Source: Ascoidea asiatica JCM 7603 (taxonomy: Eukaryota; Fungi; Ascomycota). Taken from it: a DNA stretch of 64,000 bases. Under the pieces are notes generated by a model. The model searched no databases. It saw only the letters and a program-made list of their open reading frames with translations, and was not told where the DNA came from. The translations under genes and the position numbers were made by a program. This document shows, piece by piece, positions 33,256 through 46,730 of this stretch (positions are counted from its first letter, which is position 1; each line of letters opens with the position of its first letter). The DNA is taken from the NCBI GenBank assembly GCA_001600695.1, contig BCKQ01000002.1:422890-486889 (forward strand). Direction: 5' to 3'.

Positions 33256-36200
33256 ATGTTATCAAGGTTAAATCAGAGGAATATTCCTCTTAAATCTAGT
33301 ATAAAATTAAATAATAATTTTAGATTATTTTCAACAAATTTGAATCTAAGAAATTCAATGAAACTTTTAAATATTGGTGATAAAATTAATGGTTTTGAGG
33401 TTAAAAATATTAAAGAAATTAATGATATTGGGTTGGTAACTTTATTCTCTCATACTAATACAAATTTAAATTTTTTAAATATTGATCCAACTTTTAATAA
33501 TAGTAATAATAATAATAGTAGTTCAAACATTAATAATATTAATAATATTTATTCAATTTCTTTTAAAACTAATCCAATTGATAATTCTGGTTTACCTCAT
33601 ATCTTAGAACATACAACTTTATGTGGTTCAAAAAATTATCCAATTAGAGATCCTTTCTTTAAAATGTTAAATCGTTCTTTATCAAATTTTATGAATGCAA
33701 TGACTGGTCATGATTATACTTTTTATCCATTTGCAACTACAAATTTAAAAGATTTTAAAAATTTAAGAAATATTTATTTTGATTCTGTTTTTAATCCTTT
33801 ATTATTAAAAGAAGATTTTGATCAAGAAGGTTGGAGATTAGAACATGAAAATCCAGAAGATTTAAATTCTCCAATAATTTTTAAAGGTGTAGTTTATAAT
33901 GAAATGAAAGGTCAATTATCTTCTTCTTCTTATTTATTTTATATCAATTTCTTAAATTCAATTTATCCTTCTTTAAATATATCTGGTGGTGATCCAAATT
34001 TTATAACTAATTTAAATCATGATGATTTAATCAATTTTCATAAATTACATTATAATCCTTCAAATTGTAAAATTTATAATTATGGTAATATTCCAATTAA
34101 TGATAATTTATCTTTTTTAAATGATAATTTAAGTAAAATTTCACCTTCAACTACTTCTACTACTACTACAACAACAACTAATCTTACCTCAGATATTAGA
34201 TTACCAATTGAATTAAATGAAGATAAAGAAATTATAAAAAATTGTCCATTTGATCCAATGTTACCAAAAGATAAACAAATTAAAGCTTCTTTAACTTGGT
34301 TTGCAAATAATCCAAATGATTTTTATGAAACTTTTTGTTTAAAAATTTTATCAAATTTATTAATTGATGGTCATTCATCTCCTTTTTATAAAAAATTAAT
34401 TGAAAAAAATATTGGTAATGATTTTACAATAAATACTGGGTTTGATACAACTACAAATTTAAATTCTTTTTCAATTGGTTTACAAGGTTTATCTTCAATA
34501 AAAGATATTGAAATTTTTAAAAAAATTGTATTTGAAATTTTACAATTTTATTCTGAAAATAATTTTAAAGATTCTAAAATTAATGCAATTTTAAGTCAAA
34601 TTGAATTAAATAAAAAAGATAAAAAATCAGATTTTGGTTTAAATTTATTATATTCTATAACTCCAAATTGGATTAATAATTATAATATTTTTAATCAATT
34701 ATCTTTTAATGATTATTTAATAAAATTTAAAAATGATTATAAACTTTCAAATGGTAAAATTTTTAATAATTTAATTAAAAAATATTTTTTAAATAAACCA
34801 AATTTAACTTTTATTATGAAACCAATTGAAAATTATAATAATTTAATTCAAAATCAAGAATTAAAAAGATTAAATGAAAAATTATTAAATTTAAATGATA
34901 ATGATAAACAATCAATTAATTCAACTGGTTTATACCTTTTAAAAAAACAAAATCAAAAAGAAGATTTATCTTGTTTACCAACTTTAAATGTTAAAAATGA
35001 TATTCCAATACAAGGTGAAAATTTCAATTTAGATTTTACTTATTATAATGATAATCAAATTAATTCAAAAATTAAAAATGAAATTAAAAATAAAACTGAA
35101 AATGAAATTATAAATGAAAAACTAATTGAAAGTGAAAATAAAGAAAAAATTAATAAAGAAGATAAAAATTTGAATACAAATTATAAAATTTTAAAAAGAA
35201 TCACAAATACAAATGGTTTAACATATTTTAGATGTAAAAAAAATTTAACAAATAAAATTCCTGCAAGATTATTACCTTATTTACCTTTATTTTCTGATTG
35301 TTTATTACATCTAGGTACAAAAACTAAATCAATGGCAGAAATTGATGATTTAATTAAATTAAATACTGGTGGTTTAAATTCTTCAATTTATATAAAACCT
35401 TCTGCAAATAATAATTTAAAACCAAATTTATTTTGGGAAATTTCTGGTATTTCTTTAGATTCAAAAATTACTTTTATTTATTCAAATTGGTTAGAAATTT
35501 TAAATAATATAAATTTTAATAATTTAGATAAATTAAAAACACTTATAAAATCTTTATGTTCAAATAATTCTTCTTCAATTGCAGATTCTGGTTCTGCTTA
35601 TGCAAGAAATTTTGTTGCAGCTCAATTATCTCCTGTAAGAAAATTTAGTGAATATCTTAGTGGTATTGAACAATTTAAATTTTTAAATAAGTTAAATAAA
35701 ATTATTGAAAATGATGAAGAAATTAATAAACAAATTATACCAAATTTATTAGAATTATATGATTTAATTATTAATAATGAAAATTTATCCTTTGCTTTAA
35801 TAACTAATGAAAATTCAATGAAAGAAAATGAAATTTTAGTTGATAAATTTTTAAAAAATTTACCAGAAAAAAAATCAATTAAATCTTCTTCAACTTTAAA
35901 ATCTATAAAAAATTCTTCAAATTTATTAAAAAAAATTAAAACTTTTGAAGATCCAAGTTATTTTCTTGAATTGAAAAAAGAAAATGATAAAAAATTTGAT
36001 CATAAAAAACCAACTTGTATAAATTTACCATTCCAAGTTAATTTTGCTTCTATGGCTCTTCATGGTTCAAATTATATTTCAAAAGATGGGGCTGCATTAC
36101 AGGTTTTAGCTCAATTACTTACATTCAAATATCTTCATAAGGAAATAAGAGAAAAAGGTGGTGCTTATGGCGGTGGTGCTCGTTATGGAGGAGTTGATGG

Positions 36201-36576
36201 AATCTTTAGTTATTATTCTTATAGAGATCCAAATCCATTAAGAAGTATTGAATATTTCAAAAAAGCAGGAAAGTTTGCTGTTGAAAATAATTGGAATGAA
36301 ACTGATTTGAATGAAGCAAAATTAACAATATTTCAAAGTATAGACGCTCCAATGGATGTTAATTCTGAAGGTATGATGTTTTTTAGAAATGGTATAAATG
36401 ATGAAATGGTACAAAAGAGAAGAGAAAATATATTAAATGTTACAATAGACGATATTAAAAAAGTTGCAGATAAATATTTAATTGCAGGTAGTAAAGATGA
36501 TTGTAGTATTGCCGTAATAGGGCCAAAAACAGAAGAAATGAAAGATTGGAATTTAATAGATTTAAGCGTAGAATAA
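33256..36576 (+). CDS. CYM1: Mitochondrial presequence protease (M16C)
   Basis: HILEH inverted zinc motif, FMNAMT, GVVYNEMKG, REKGGAYG and SYRDP. Confidence 0.96.
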   Translation: MLSRLNQRNIPLKSSIKLNNNFRLFSTNLNLRNSMKLLNIGDKINGFEVKNIKEINDIGLVTLFSHTNTNLNFLNIDPTFNNSNNNNSSSNINNINNIYSISFKTNPIDNSGLPHILEHTTLCGSKNYPIRDPFFKMLNRSLSNFMNAMTGHDYTFYPFATTNLKDFKNLRNIYFDSVFNPLLLKEDFDQEGWRLEHENPEDLNSPIIFKGVVYNEMKGQLSSSSYLFYINFLNSIYPSLNISGGDPNFITNLNHDDLINFHKLHYNPSNCKIYNYGNIPINDNLSFLNDNLSKISPSTTSTTTTTTTNLTSDIRLPIELNEDKEIIKNCPFDPMLPKDKQIKASLTWFANNPNDFYETFCLKILSNLLIDGHSSPFYKKLIEKNIGNDFTINTGFDTTTNLNSFSIGLQGLSSIKDIEIFKKIVFEILQFYSENNFKDSKINAILSQIELNKKDKKSDFGLNLLYSITPNWINNYNIFNQLSFNDYLIKFKNDYKLSNGKIFNNLIKKYFLNKPNLTFIMKPIENYNNLIQNQELKRLNEKLLNLNDNDKQSINSTGLYLLKKQNQKEDLSCLPTLNVKNDIPIQGENFNLDFTYYNDNQINSKIKNEIKNKTENEIINEKLIESENKEKINKEDKNLNTNYKILKRITNTNGLTYFRCKKNLTNKIPARLLPYLPLFSDCLLHLGTKTKSMAEIDDLIKLNTGGLNSSIYIKPSANNNLKPNLFWEISGISLDSKITFIYSNWLEILNNINFNNLDKLKTLIKSLCSNNSSSIADSGSAYARNFVAAQLSPVRKFSEYLSGIEQFKFLNKLNKIIENDEEINKQIIPNLLELYDLIINNENLSFALITNENSMKENEILVDKFLKNLPEKKSIKSSSTLKSIKNSSNLLKKIKTFEDPSYFLELKKENDKKFDHKKPTCINLPFQVNFASMALHGSNYISKDGAALQVLAQLLTFKYLHKEIREKGGAYGGGARYGGVDGIFSYYSYRDPNPLRSIEYFKKAGKFAVENNWNETDLNEAKLTIFQSIDAPMDVNSEGMMFFRNGINDEMVQKRRENILNVTIDDIKKVADKYLIAGSKDDCSIAVIGPKTEEMKDWNLIDLSVE

Positions 36577-36765
36577 AGATAAATTATATTCTTATTATTA
36601 TAATGTATATATAACATATGAAAATGGGCTTTTTTTGTCAAACTTTTTTTTTTTAATTTTGTATATAGATTAATAATGCCTAAAAAAACTCTTCAGAACA
36701 TATGATTTCAATTCTTTTTAATGTAGATAAATTTTACAAATTTTATATTATTTATTGAGATAAGC

Positions 36766-37416
36766 TTAAATAATATGTTTTGATCTAAAATATGATCTTA
36801 AATATTGGATTTGCCAAACACCTAAAGCAATTAAAGATATTATAATTAAAAGTGAGAAATTTTTAACTCTTGTATTTGTTGATTCATTTGTATTTCTAAG
36901 TCTTGCTTCACGATTTTTCAAATAATTTAATTCATCAACAATTTCATCTGTTAATTCTTCAATTCTTCTTAATTCTAATTCAACTGGTTTTAATTTTTCT
37001 GCAGCTTGAATGGCATTCCAATCTCTAGCTGCACTACCAGCTTCAATATCTAATTCAATTTCTCTGAATAAATGATTTCTACCACTAGATCTAACTAAAG
37101 TATTTTCGAAACAAACATCAAAAGCAGCAGATGCATGAGCAGTAAATGCTACTCTTGTTGTTCCTGCAAAATCTTTCTTTCTTCTATATTCATTTCCGAT
37201 ACTATCGATAATATTAAAATTTAATACTTGACCATCACCTACTTTACCGGATGATTCAATATTTACAACTACCAACTGACCTTCAGATATAAAATCTCTT
37301 ATACATTTTGGACTTGAACCTGCTGGTTGAGCCTGAACATCAAATCTTAATGCATTTGATAATCCTAATAAACAAAAAATAGTTATAGATATAATACTGA
37401 AGAATGACTGAAACAT
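36766..37416 (-). CDS. ERV25: p24-delta cargo receptor
   Basis: Signal peptide, GOLD domain, [17 protein letters not shown] and tail YFRSKHII. Confidence 0.95.
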   Translation of the reverse strand: MFQSFFSIISITIFCLLGLSNALRFDVQAQPAGSSPKCIRDFISEGQLVVVNIESSGKVGDGQVLNFNIIDSIGNEYRRKKDFAGTTRVAFTAHASAAFDVCFENTLVRSSGRNHLFREIELDIEAGSAARDWNAIQAAEKLKPVELELRRIEELTDEIVDELNYLKNREARLRNTNESTNTRVKNFSLLIIISLIALGVWQIQYLRSYFRSKHII

Positions 37417-37715
37417 TGGAAATATTGAAAAAAATTATAAACAGTTAAATTATTGGAGTTAGAATACCAAAATGAACAGAATGAAAACAAAAACTTAAAT
37501 GCCAATTATCAATATAAAGAAGAAGTGAAATTATTATTGTACAATGGAGTATTTATTCTTTTGTTGTTGGTAAACAAATCTGAATTTTACATTAGTCGCT
37601 TTTCTTCACAATATTTTTCTTTTCATACTTCCAGATATTTCAAAAACACTTTCGTGTCAAGTATGGTTGGTTTATTATGATTTACTCCCAGGAGCGCAGT
37701 TGCTGGTTATCGCGC

Positions 37716-37731
37716 TTACGTAATACACGTA
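37716..37731. promoter_or_regulatory. bZIP sites upstream of ERV25
   Basis: TTACGTAA palindrome next to ACACGTA, which is TACGTG (UPRE-2-like) on the minus strand. Confidence 0.3.
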
Positions 37732-38293
37732 TATTTAAATTATTTGTAGATTCAAGCCTTGAATGCCTAAATAACATTAATGCTAAAGTGAAATAAGTTA
37801 ATCCTAAATAGTTATTCACTTGAGTATTATTTTTTGTTTGTTTTCTAAATTATTGAACTAATATATACCTATATATATATATATATAATGTTATTGAAAT
37901 AAGTGAAGAAAGAGAAAAAAGAGTTGAGTGATATGAGGTGATACAAAGATGAATCATAAAGCAAATTAATTTTTTTTAACTATTCATTGAATAGTTTTTT
38001 TAGTTGTACTACACAATATTTGCTTCCAACAAGAAGAATATACAGAAAAAAATAATAAACAAAAAGAAATAAGTAATAATACTTCTTTTTATATTATATA
38101 TATATGTGTATATTCTATTTATTGGAAATTTTATTGAAAATTCTTGAAATTATCTATATAATGTATTCCTGATGAGTTTAATCGATCTGATGTTCAATTC
38201 AACTCATTATACTACAGGCTGAATTCTAAATTGAATCGAAAAAAAAAAATAACTGAAAACATTTATACTTTCAGTGAATAATATAAAATATTA

Positions 38294-39844
38294 CTACCAT
38301 GAACTTAATTTCATTGTTCCTTCATTTTCAAAATTTATATGCATTTTGAATGCATCTGCTAAAATATGAGGTTCGTGAAGACATTTCTTTTTTGTTGCAT
38401 AAAATTCAGCTCTTTTTAAATATTCTAATAATTGATCTTTGTAATCTGGATGAGAACAATTTTGAATAATTTCTCTTGCTCTTTCTCTAGGTGATAATCC
38501 TCTTAAATCAGCTAAACCTTGTTCTGTTACTAAAATATCTAAATCATGTTCAGTTTGATCAACATGAGAAGAAAATGGAACAATACATGAAATACCAGTT
38601 GGATCAACTTTAGATTTTCTTGCCGATGGAGTATGCATTATTGATAATTTTGCATTTCTTAAGAAATCTCCAGAACCTCCAATTCCATGAAGCATTTTAG
38701 AACCTGAAACATTAGTTGAATTTGCATGTGCATAAATATCAACTTCTACAGGAGTATTCATTGCTATAACACCTAATCTTCTAATAATTTCTGGAGAATT
38801 TGAAACGGTTTGAGATCTTAAACATAATTTTTTTGAAAACAATTCATAATTATTAAAAAATCTTTCAAACCCGGCTTCTGTTAATCTTATTGCTGAAGCT
38901 GTAGCATAATCTAAAGCACCATTTTCAAAAAAATCTAAGAAAGAATCTTGCAAAACTTCAGTCCAAACATTTAAATTTTTGAAAGAAGCAGAAGCTAAAC
39001 CTTCAATAACAGCATTTGCAATATTTCCTATACCAGATTGTAAAGGATGTAAATTTTCTGGTATTCTACCATTTTTAACTTCATTTTCAAAAAAATTTAT
39101 TAAATGATTTGCAATTGCTTTTGAATTTTCATCAGAAGGTGTATTTGGTGGAATTTTATTTGCTTTATTTGATTCAATAATTGCAACAACTTTATTTGGA
39201 TCAATTGGAATTCCATGAAGACCAGATTTATCATCAACACGTTTATAAGGATATGGAGGTCTATAAGGTGGATGCATTGGCATATCAATATCATGTAAAC
39301 CTTCAAAAGAAGGATCTTTAGTATTTAATTCAATAATAATTTTTTCAGAAGTTGAAATAAGTTCAGGAATTGAGCCAACTGCAGGACCAGGAATTATTAA
39401 ACCATTTTCAGTAATTGCAGAAGCTTCAATGATTGAATAATCTAATAAATCATTTTTTTTAAATCTTGTATAATAACCATAAGTTAAATCTTGTGGAAAC
39501 ATAGAAAGATGTTTATCAAAAAATTGAGTTGAACCATTATTTATTGAATTTGAAATACCTTTACCAACTTGATGAGGAGATCTTCTTAATACCATTCCAT
39601 TATCAGCCCAAGTATTTTCTTCTGGACCTGCAGAAGCTCCAACAAATAAATTAAAACCAAGTTTACCTTGTAAATTATTTTTTTCAACATGTTCAGCTAA
39701 AGCCATTGGAAGAATTTTTGGAGCACCAACACCTGCAAAACCAGACCATCCAATATATTGACCATGTTTAAAAAATGAAATACATTCTTCCGGGGTTTTT
39801 AGTTTACTTAAAAATGGAGTATATTTGATTCTTTGTTTTAACAT
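38294..39844 (-). CDS. ACH1: Acetyl-CoA hydrolase / CoA-transferase
   Basis: [31 protein letters not shown] and [12 protein letters not shown]. Confidence 0.97.
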   Translation of the reverse strand: MLKQRIKYTPFLSKLKTPEECISFFKHGQYIGWSGFAGVGAPKILPMALAEHVEKNNLQGKLGFNLFVGASAGPEENTWADNGMVLRRSPHQVGKGISNSINNGSTQFFDKHLSMFPQDLTYGYYTRFKKNDLLDYSIIEASAITENGLIIPGPAVGSIPELISTSEKIIIELNTKDPSFEGLHDIDMPMHPPYRPPYPYKRVDDKSGLHGIPIDPNKVVAIIESNKANKIPPNTPSDENSKAIANHLINFFENEVKNGRIPENLHPLQSGIGNIANAVIEGLASASFKNLNVWTEVLQDSFLDFFENGALDYATASAIRLTEAGFERFFNNYELFSKKLCLRSQTVSNSPEIIRRLGVIAMNTPVEVDIYAHANSTNVSGSKMLHGIGGSGDFLRNAKLSIMHTPSARKSKVDPTGISCIVPFSSHVDQTEHDLDILVTEQGLADLRGLSPRERAREIIQNCSHPDYKDQLLEYLKRAEFYATKKKCLHEPHILADAFKMHINFENEGTMKLSSW

Positions 39845-42800
39845 TTTTTTTATTTTTTTGATTTATAAAATATTAGTTAAAAAGTGTATAGAGGAGTAAT
39901 TTATGAACTATTAATTAATAATATTATTATACTAGATTGAATAAATTAAGTCTGCTTCTAAGGAATAATTTAAGAGAAAAAAAAAATTTCTAGCCTAGTC
40001 TGTTTATAAAAAAAAAAAAAAGCTGAGGGGTTTGCCTATTTATAAAGAAGATTTTATTGTTATCATTTTATCGTTTATAAGAAACATAGAGTAATAATTG
40101 TAGTTTTAAATTTAACTATGGAACTAAACAATTATTGGATAACATATTTTATAATCCTTGAAAAGTTTACCAAATGATAATTTCATTGAAACTTAGCATT
40201 AACTTTTATTATTAGCTCATAATTTTTTTGATAATTGTTTTAAAAAAAGGAGATGAAATGAATTTTTATTAAAGAGGAATATAGTTTTTGATAATTGAAG
40301 CTAATTGTGGGGAATTGAAATTGAATTGAAAGAATCACATCTTGATTAAAATAAAGAAAAGTAATTCGATATTAATTCTTTTGTCAATTGAATAATATCG
40401 AATAATAACGAATAATAAAAATGGTCTGGAATTATCGGTACTCTAGTGATATTGATAAATATAGTAATTAGAATGATGATAAATAAATAAAGTGTTCTTA
40501 TTAGATTGTAAAATTTCATAGAAATATAATAATGTTGCTTTGAGATTACTCTTAAAAATAAAAAGCATCAGATCTTCATTATTTTCTTGGGTTTATGAAA
40601 TATTTCAAATATTTCAAATATTTCAATGGAAGAACTTTTACATTAGCCGTTCAGGCCATTAACCCGTATTGTAAAAGAAATGATTCTACCGAGAGATTGA
40701 ATAAAAGGGTAAATGAAGGAGTGAATGAATTATTAAATTAATGAGATTGATAAAGTATTACTAGTAGAATTTGTCTGTAGATTTTAATATGACAGGTCAG
40801 GATTTGAATTTAATTTTCAGTTTTAATATTGACTATATTTGAAATCATTAAAATTGGACAGTTGAAAACTATGACATTATTACACTAAATTGGTTTTGTT
40901 ATAATGGATAAATTTTGATAAATGTCTTATATTCCTATTCGTTCTTTTAATAGTAACATTATATGAAAACCAATATTTTCCATAATCAATGAAATCTTTG
41001 AAATCTCATCGAATTTCCATTTTTTTTTGTTTGAGAGATGTTCGAATTGAAGCATTGTTGATGATTCTAAAAACAAAAATAATTTGACAAGCTTGATGGT
41101 TGTTGATCCAGAATTACCAGTCACATACTCAAGACACTAAAGGAAAACCTAAGAATATTGACATTGAACAATTTGAATCTCGTATCTTCATTTCGTTTTG
41201 TGATACTTGGAAGTATAAATTTGATTTTGTGATCTTTATGTTTTCAATAGAGAGAAGTGCTTATATAAATTAAATTTCTCATTAGCAAGATAAATGGAAA
41301 AAGCACTTTAGGAGTCTACTTCGGAGGTCTGAATTTGGGGGGTTTGGGTTTGGGTATGTTTGAGCTTCAAATAGTTAATGAAAGAATTCCCTTTAGATTT
41401 GGGCTTTTGTTTGCTAAACCTTTTTGAAAGAAAATTTCCCAATAAAATGGCTCTGAACACGGAAAAAGCCATCTGAACAACAATTCTAAGTTTTCATTAA
41501 AGTTAATAAATTATCAACGTTATGAAAATTAAAGGAGGCCGGATAAATTCAAGTTAAATAGCCCGCATTTTTTTAACTTGTTATACTTTTGTACCGCTTT
41601 TTTGTGCTTTGCATGCTTTTCCCAATTCTACAAATAATTCTAATTATCCCATTTATCTCAAATTTCCCTTTTTCAATTGATCATTAGTATACTAATAACT
41701 AGAAATTTGTTTTGATCTTTAATGAATATGTTTGTAAGAATAAACTATTTAAAGACTTTTATACAGATACAAATGAAAATCTCATGTTGGGGATTAACAT
41801 CATCAAACTTAAATATTCAAAACCTTTTAAACATTTATCCGCAAGAAAGTATTTTGAAAAGCATTTTAAGGATAGTTAATTGGTATCAAAAATGAATTTT
41901 CTATTAGCTAACTTTTTTTTTTGAAAGAATGATTAATACATTTTCACTCTTTAAAGTTAAATAGAGTCGAATACTTTAATTAAATTATCCGAAAAATTTA
42001 AATATTTTTTTATCCAAACATTAATTAGCCATGTTATTTTTTTCATGATTTTTTCAGTATTGATAATATTGAATTCGAATTAAATCTTGTTTCTTTCTTT
42101 AACTGGCAAAAAAGATGATTGTTTTTGGTGTTGCCGTTTTGGAAAGCCCTTTTAGGGGCAACTCTAATTATTATTAATTAGAAGCAGCTCTTAGTTAATA
42201 AGTTTATCAATAATTATCAAGAGTTCACAGATGCTAAACGCCCAAGTGCGGGTGTGGGAGTGTGGAAAAAGCGTGTGAGATAAAAGAGTCCCAGAGCAAA
42301 GGGGAAACCCGACCGGCAAACCTCAGGGGGATTGCTGTTCGGGCGCCGCTTGACTAGTTTTTAGTGGTTTTAGCGGTTTAGTTAGTAAGATAATAGAGCT
42401 AACTTCAACCACGCACGGGGGCTCTCCAACTTTAAATGAGCAGATTTCCCAGGGAAAGTGAATTTTATTGTGATCAAGTACGAGCGTGACTTAATAAACT
42501 CCCAACGATAAAAGTGTAGATCGAGCGGGTGTTTGTTGCCTTCAGGGTGTGTGTGAAAACCAACAGTTATCAATTGAAATAAAGATAGTAATAAAGAAGA
42601 TGATGATAAAGATGATAAAGATGATAACAAAAGATAATAATATTAGTGACAATTTCAAATAATGCCTTGAGATCCACAAATTTACAAAATTAAACTACCT
42701 TCTTATCCTTTTGAATGGAAAATAAGAGGGGGTACAGTATGATTCAACTTTTTTCAAATAAAAGAATATAGCCATGTGAAAACGCAATAGTATTTCTAAT

Positions 42801-43892
42801 ATCACTAACCTACTAAAGTTCACTATTGAAATAATTCATGATATATAATATGGAATTCAAATCCCTAAAAGAATCAACGGATAAATTTATAAATTGACTC
42901 ATAAACAATAAACGAATAAGTTTAAATAAAAAAAAAACTTTATTCAAGTCTAAAAATCATGCCCTTTAATTAAATTATCCATACATTTTTATAAAAAAAA
43001 TTACTTTAAAAGGATTCATGGCTATTTTTGTTATCAATAATCAATGATCGATTAAGCTTAAAAAATGATTTTTAACTAAATCAAAAGTTCAGCATGTTCA
43101 AAAAGTCAAAACTTCCGATATTACCCTAGATTATTTAAAATTTGAGTGTAACTGAGAGCTCAGACAAAATTGTTGTATGAATTTTTTCCCTTTTTTTTCT
43201 TTCTTTTTTTTAAGTATTTGTTTTGGTTTTTTATACGACTGGCAATTTTACCCTCAGTTAAAAATTTTTCTAGAAATAACATTATTAGTATATGTAAATT
43301 ATAAAAGATTTATTTAAATTAATTGATGATCAATTAATGCAAAATATTCAAAATGTTCAAAATGGTTTAGTAATCTTAAATATTTCTTCACTCAAAAAAT
43401 ATTCTTTACTTTATTCTTATTCTTAGTAAACAAAAATATAACAGTAACAATAATAATAAAGAAAAAAAAAACTCTTATTCTTGCAACCACTCACTTTTCT
43501 CTTTGTTTATTCACACGAATGAGCATATAAAAAAGATAAAGAAGATTCTCTTAAACATTCACTAATATTACTAGTTTTATGCATATTTTTTTAAATTTCA
43601 TTATGATTGTTAAAAAATTTCAACTTTTTAACTATGAAATAAATTTACCGACATGTTTAAATAAAATCCCTAAGGAAATCAATATCATTTATTCATTCTA
43701 AAACTTTATTACAATAAAATATTAATAATCTTTTGTAAAATTAGTAATGTCTTATTAAAAGAATAAAAAGAAAATGATTCAATTGATTCAAATTACTTTT
43801 CCCTCATTCTCCTTAATTTGAGTTGTAAATATACTATTTGTGATATTAAAATATATAACATAAAAAAAAAAAAAAACTATACAAAATTAATC

Positions 43893-45365
43893 TTAACAAA
43901 ATGATTTATTTAAAGCACCTAATAATTGATTATCAATATCAGCAGTTGAACTAAATGTGAAATTATTTTTATTCGCTCTTAGTGGCGGCAATGGATATGA
44001 ATTTAAATTTGGCATTATATTATTATTTGGACTTGAATGAGAATTTGATCTTGAGTGAGAATGTGAATGAGAATGTGAATGAGAATTTGAACGTGAATGT
44101 GATATTGAACTAGAAATTGAACGATGACGATTATTTAATGGTGAATGAAATTGATTATTTGATCCAAATGGCGTTATTAATGGTTTTAATGGTCTTATTT
44201 CTTGATTATCACCATTCCAATGATTAACATTATTATTAAAATCTTGACTGATAGATGAATTAGAATTATTATCACCTTGATTGATTAGACTTTGAATTCT
44301 TATATTGGCAATTGAATGATGATTCTTAAGAGTCTTTATTTGACTTGGATGACCAACATTTGAAACAAAAGAATTTGAATTATTTCTATAAAATGAATTT
44401 GAAGGAGAATTTTCAAATTTTTCTTCAATATTTTTTGAATTAGAACTAGAACTAGAACTAGAATTAGAATTAGAATTAGAATTAATAATTGAAGGAAATT
44501 TATTCAATTTTGATGAATTAAAATTTGAAGGTTTTATAATTTGATCCTTTGAAGGAAAATTTAAATTTAAATTTAAATTAGATGATAAAAATGGTGAACC
44601 AAGAGAATTATGTTTTGAATTTGTATTAATAATTGAATTCAAATTTGAATTATTGGTAGTACTAGTGTTAGTACTAGAGTTAGAATTAGAACTAGAATTA
44701 GCACTTGAACTTGAACTCGAATTAAAAATTTTAGAGGTAGTTGATGTTGATTTTATATTTATATTTGAAATAGTTTTATTTATGAAATTTGTATTATTTA
44801 ATGTTAAACTTGGAGAAGAAGATGCAGAATTATTTAAATATGAAGAATTTGAAGAAGAATAATCAGGATAAATATTACTTGGAATTGAAATATGCTTTAA
44901 TCTTGAATCTCTTGAAGGAGTTTTATCAAAATAATTATTTGTATTAAAATCAGATTGTTTAAAATAAGATATTAAATGTAATTTTCTACCATCTAAAGTT
45001 GTTAAAGAAAAACTTGATTTAATTAAGCCATCAGGTTTATATTTATAAGTTGGAATCAATGAATTTAAATTCATTGAATTATTATTATTATTATTACTAT
45101 TATTATCATCCAATCTTTTACCTTCCATTTCTTTATAATTCAAAAAACAACCAGAAACTCTTGAAGCTGACCATGATCTACCATCAGTCCATCTTCTCAT
45201 TCCAGCTTCTTTTTCATCCCAAATAAAAATAGAACCAGATTTTATTGATTTTCTTTCAAGTTCTGTTAATCTTCTTGTAACTTTTGGTAAAAGTCCTAAT
45301 CTTGTTGCTTCCATAAGAATTATAGCATCTTGAGGAGTTAAAATAACTCCATTATAAGTTTCCAT
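43893..45365 (-). CDS. WOPR (Gti1/Pac2) transcription factor, Pac2/Pth2 subtype
   Basis: METYNG...RRLTELER..IKSGSIFIWDEKEAGMRRWTDGRSWSASR; WOPRb box YKPDGLIKSSFS...LHLISY. Confidence 0.9.
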   Translation of the reverse strand: METYNGVILTPQDAIILMEATRLGLLPKVTRRLTELERKSIKSGSIFIWDEKEAGMRRWTDGRSWSASRVSGCFLNYKEMEGKRLDDNNSNNNNNNSMNLNSLIPTYKYKPDGLIKSSFSLTTLDGRKLHLISYFKQSDFNTNNYFDKTPSRDSRLKHISIPSNIYPDYSSSNSSYLNNSASSSPSLTLNNTNFINKTISNINIKSTSTTSKIFNSSSSSSANSSSNSNSSTNTSTTNNSNLNSIINTNSKHNSLGSPFLSSNLNLNLNFPSKDQIIKPSNFNSSKLNKFPSIINSNSNSNSSSSSSSNSKNIEEKFENSPSNSFYRNNSNSFVSNVGHPSQIKTLKNHHSIANIRIQSLINQGDNNSNSSISQDFNNNVNHWNGDNQEIRPLKPLITPFGSNNQFHSPLNNRHRSISSSISHSRSNSHSHSHSHSHSRSNSHSSPNNNIMPNLNSYPLPPLRANKNNFTFSSTADIDNQLLGALNKSFC

Positions 45366-46730
45366 TTCAGAACCTATTTTGAAAAAGAGAAAATGAAATT
45401 GATATAAGTATGTGATATATATAAATATTTGAATAAATATATATGAATGTGATATGTATGTATATAAACTAAATGAACTGATTAGTTAAATAATTAAATA
45501 ACTAAGTATAATAATATATTGTAGTATATGGTTTGAAATTTCTGAATGAGTATAAGAAGTTTTAATAAATTATATTTGAATTTTAAATAAAAGTGGAATT
45601 ATTTAACTAAATATACAAATATACAAATATTCTGTTGATGATTTAATGATGAAGATGTTGAAATATAAAAACATATACCGTACTTTATTTATATACTTAT
45701 ATAATAAGTATGTAAGGTGAGAAATTATGAAATATGAATATGAATATGAATATGTTTTAATATAAAGAAACTTAAAAGAAAGTTAAAAAAGTATAATAAT
45801 GAAATGAAATGAAAAAAGAAAAAAGAAGTAAAAAGAAGTTAAGAAAAATCAGATAACAAAATTCAAGGATTAAGTGTTATTAAATATATTATAATATTGT
45901 ATAATAAAAAGGGCTTAAAATTTATTTAACGTTGAAATAAATAGTGAATTTTTTTAATCTATATTCAATAGGACTGGTTGTAATAAAGGATAGAAATAAG
46001 ATTTTCAACTTGTGAAATAGAATAAAATATTATTAAATACTAATAATGAAAAGTAATGGATGAAAAGAAAGATTAAAAGAAAACAAAAAAAAAAGTAGAT
46101 AATTAAGATATATTAAAAATATATTTTAAGTTTTATGATTAACTTAATTTTATATTCTTTGTTTTGATTGTTTTGACTTTGAATTAAGCTTACTATAATT
46201 TTGAAGATTTCTATTGAATATTACATTTTTCTATTGAATTTTTTCCAAAGATGAAAGGAAATCAAAAGTGAATGTGAAATGTAAAAAGTAAAAAGATTTT
46301 TGGTATTTTTTGCTTTATTTTTTTTTTTCTTGTTTTATTTTGTTTTTTTTGTTTTTTGTTTTTTTATTTTTCTCTTGGAGAATGTTGATTTGCACCAAAT
46401 TCTTCCTATCTTAAAAAATCCTTAACCTTAAGCAAACATTGTTATCGGTAGAGTAACGTTTGCTCACCAACTCTAAATCTTAAGCTGGGTTTATTTCACC
46501 TGTAATAATGTCCCGAAACGTTGTTCAGTGGTCACCGTTCTGAAGACGACCACCGGTTGGGGGCACCACTCTTCTTCACTTACTATTATTTATGCCCACT
46601 CATAGTTAAGAGCTGTCCACGTGATCATATAGAAAGAAAATTTTTTAATGAAATTCAATTCGCTTATACGATAGGAAGTTCTGATATTTTAACTCTGGTG
46701 GGCTTCAATTGGCTTTCAATAGCTCTCCTT

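Noticed and set aside
38169-38222. TGATGA...CTGA (C/D snoRNA or hammerhead-like core)
   Set aside because: Only ~55 nt, with no recognisable rRNA guide, no terminal stem and no hammerhead helices.
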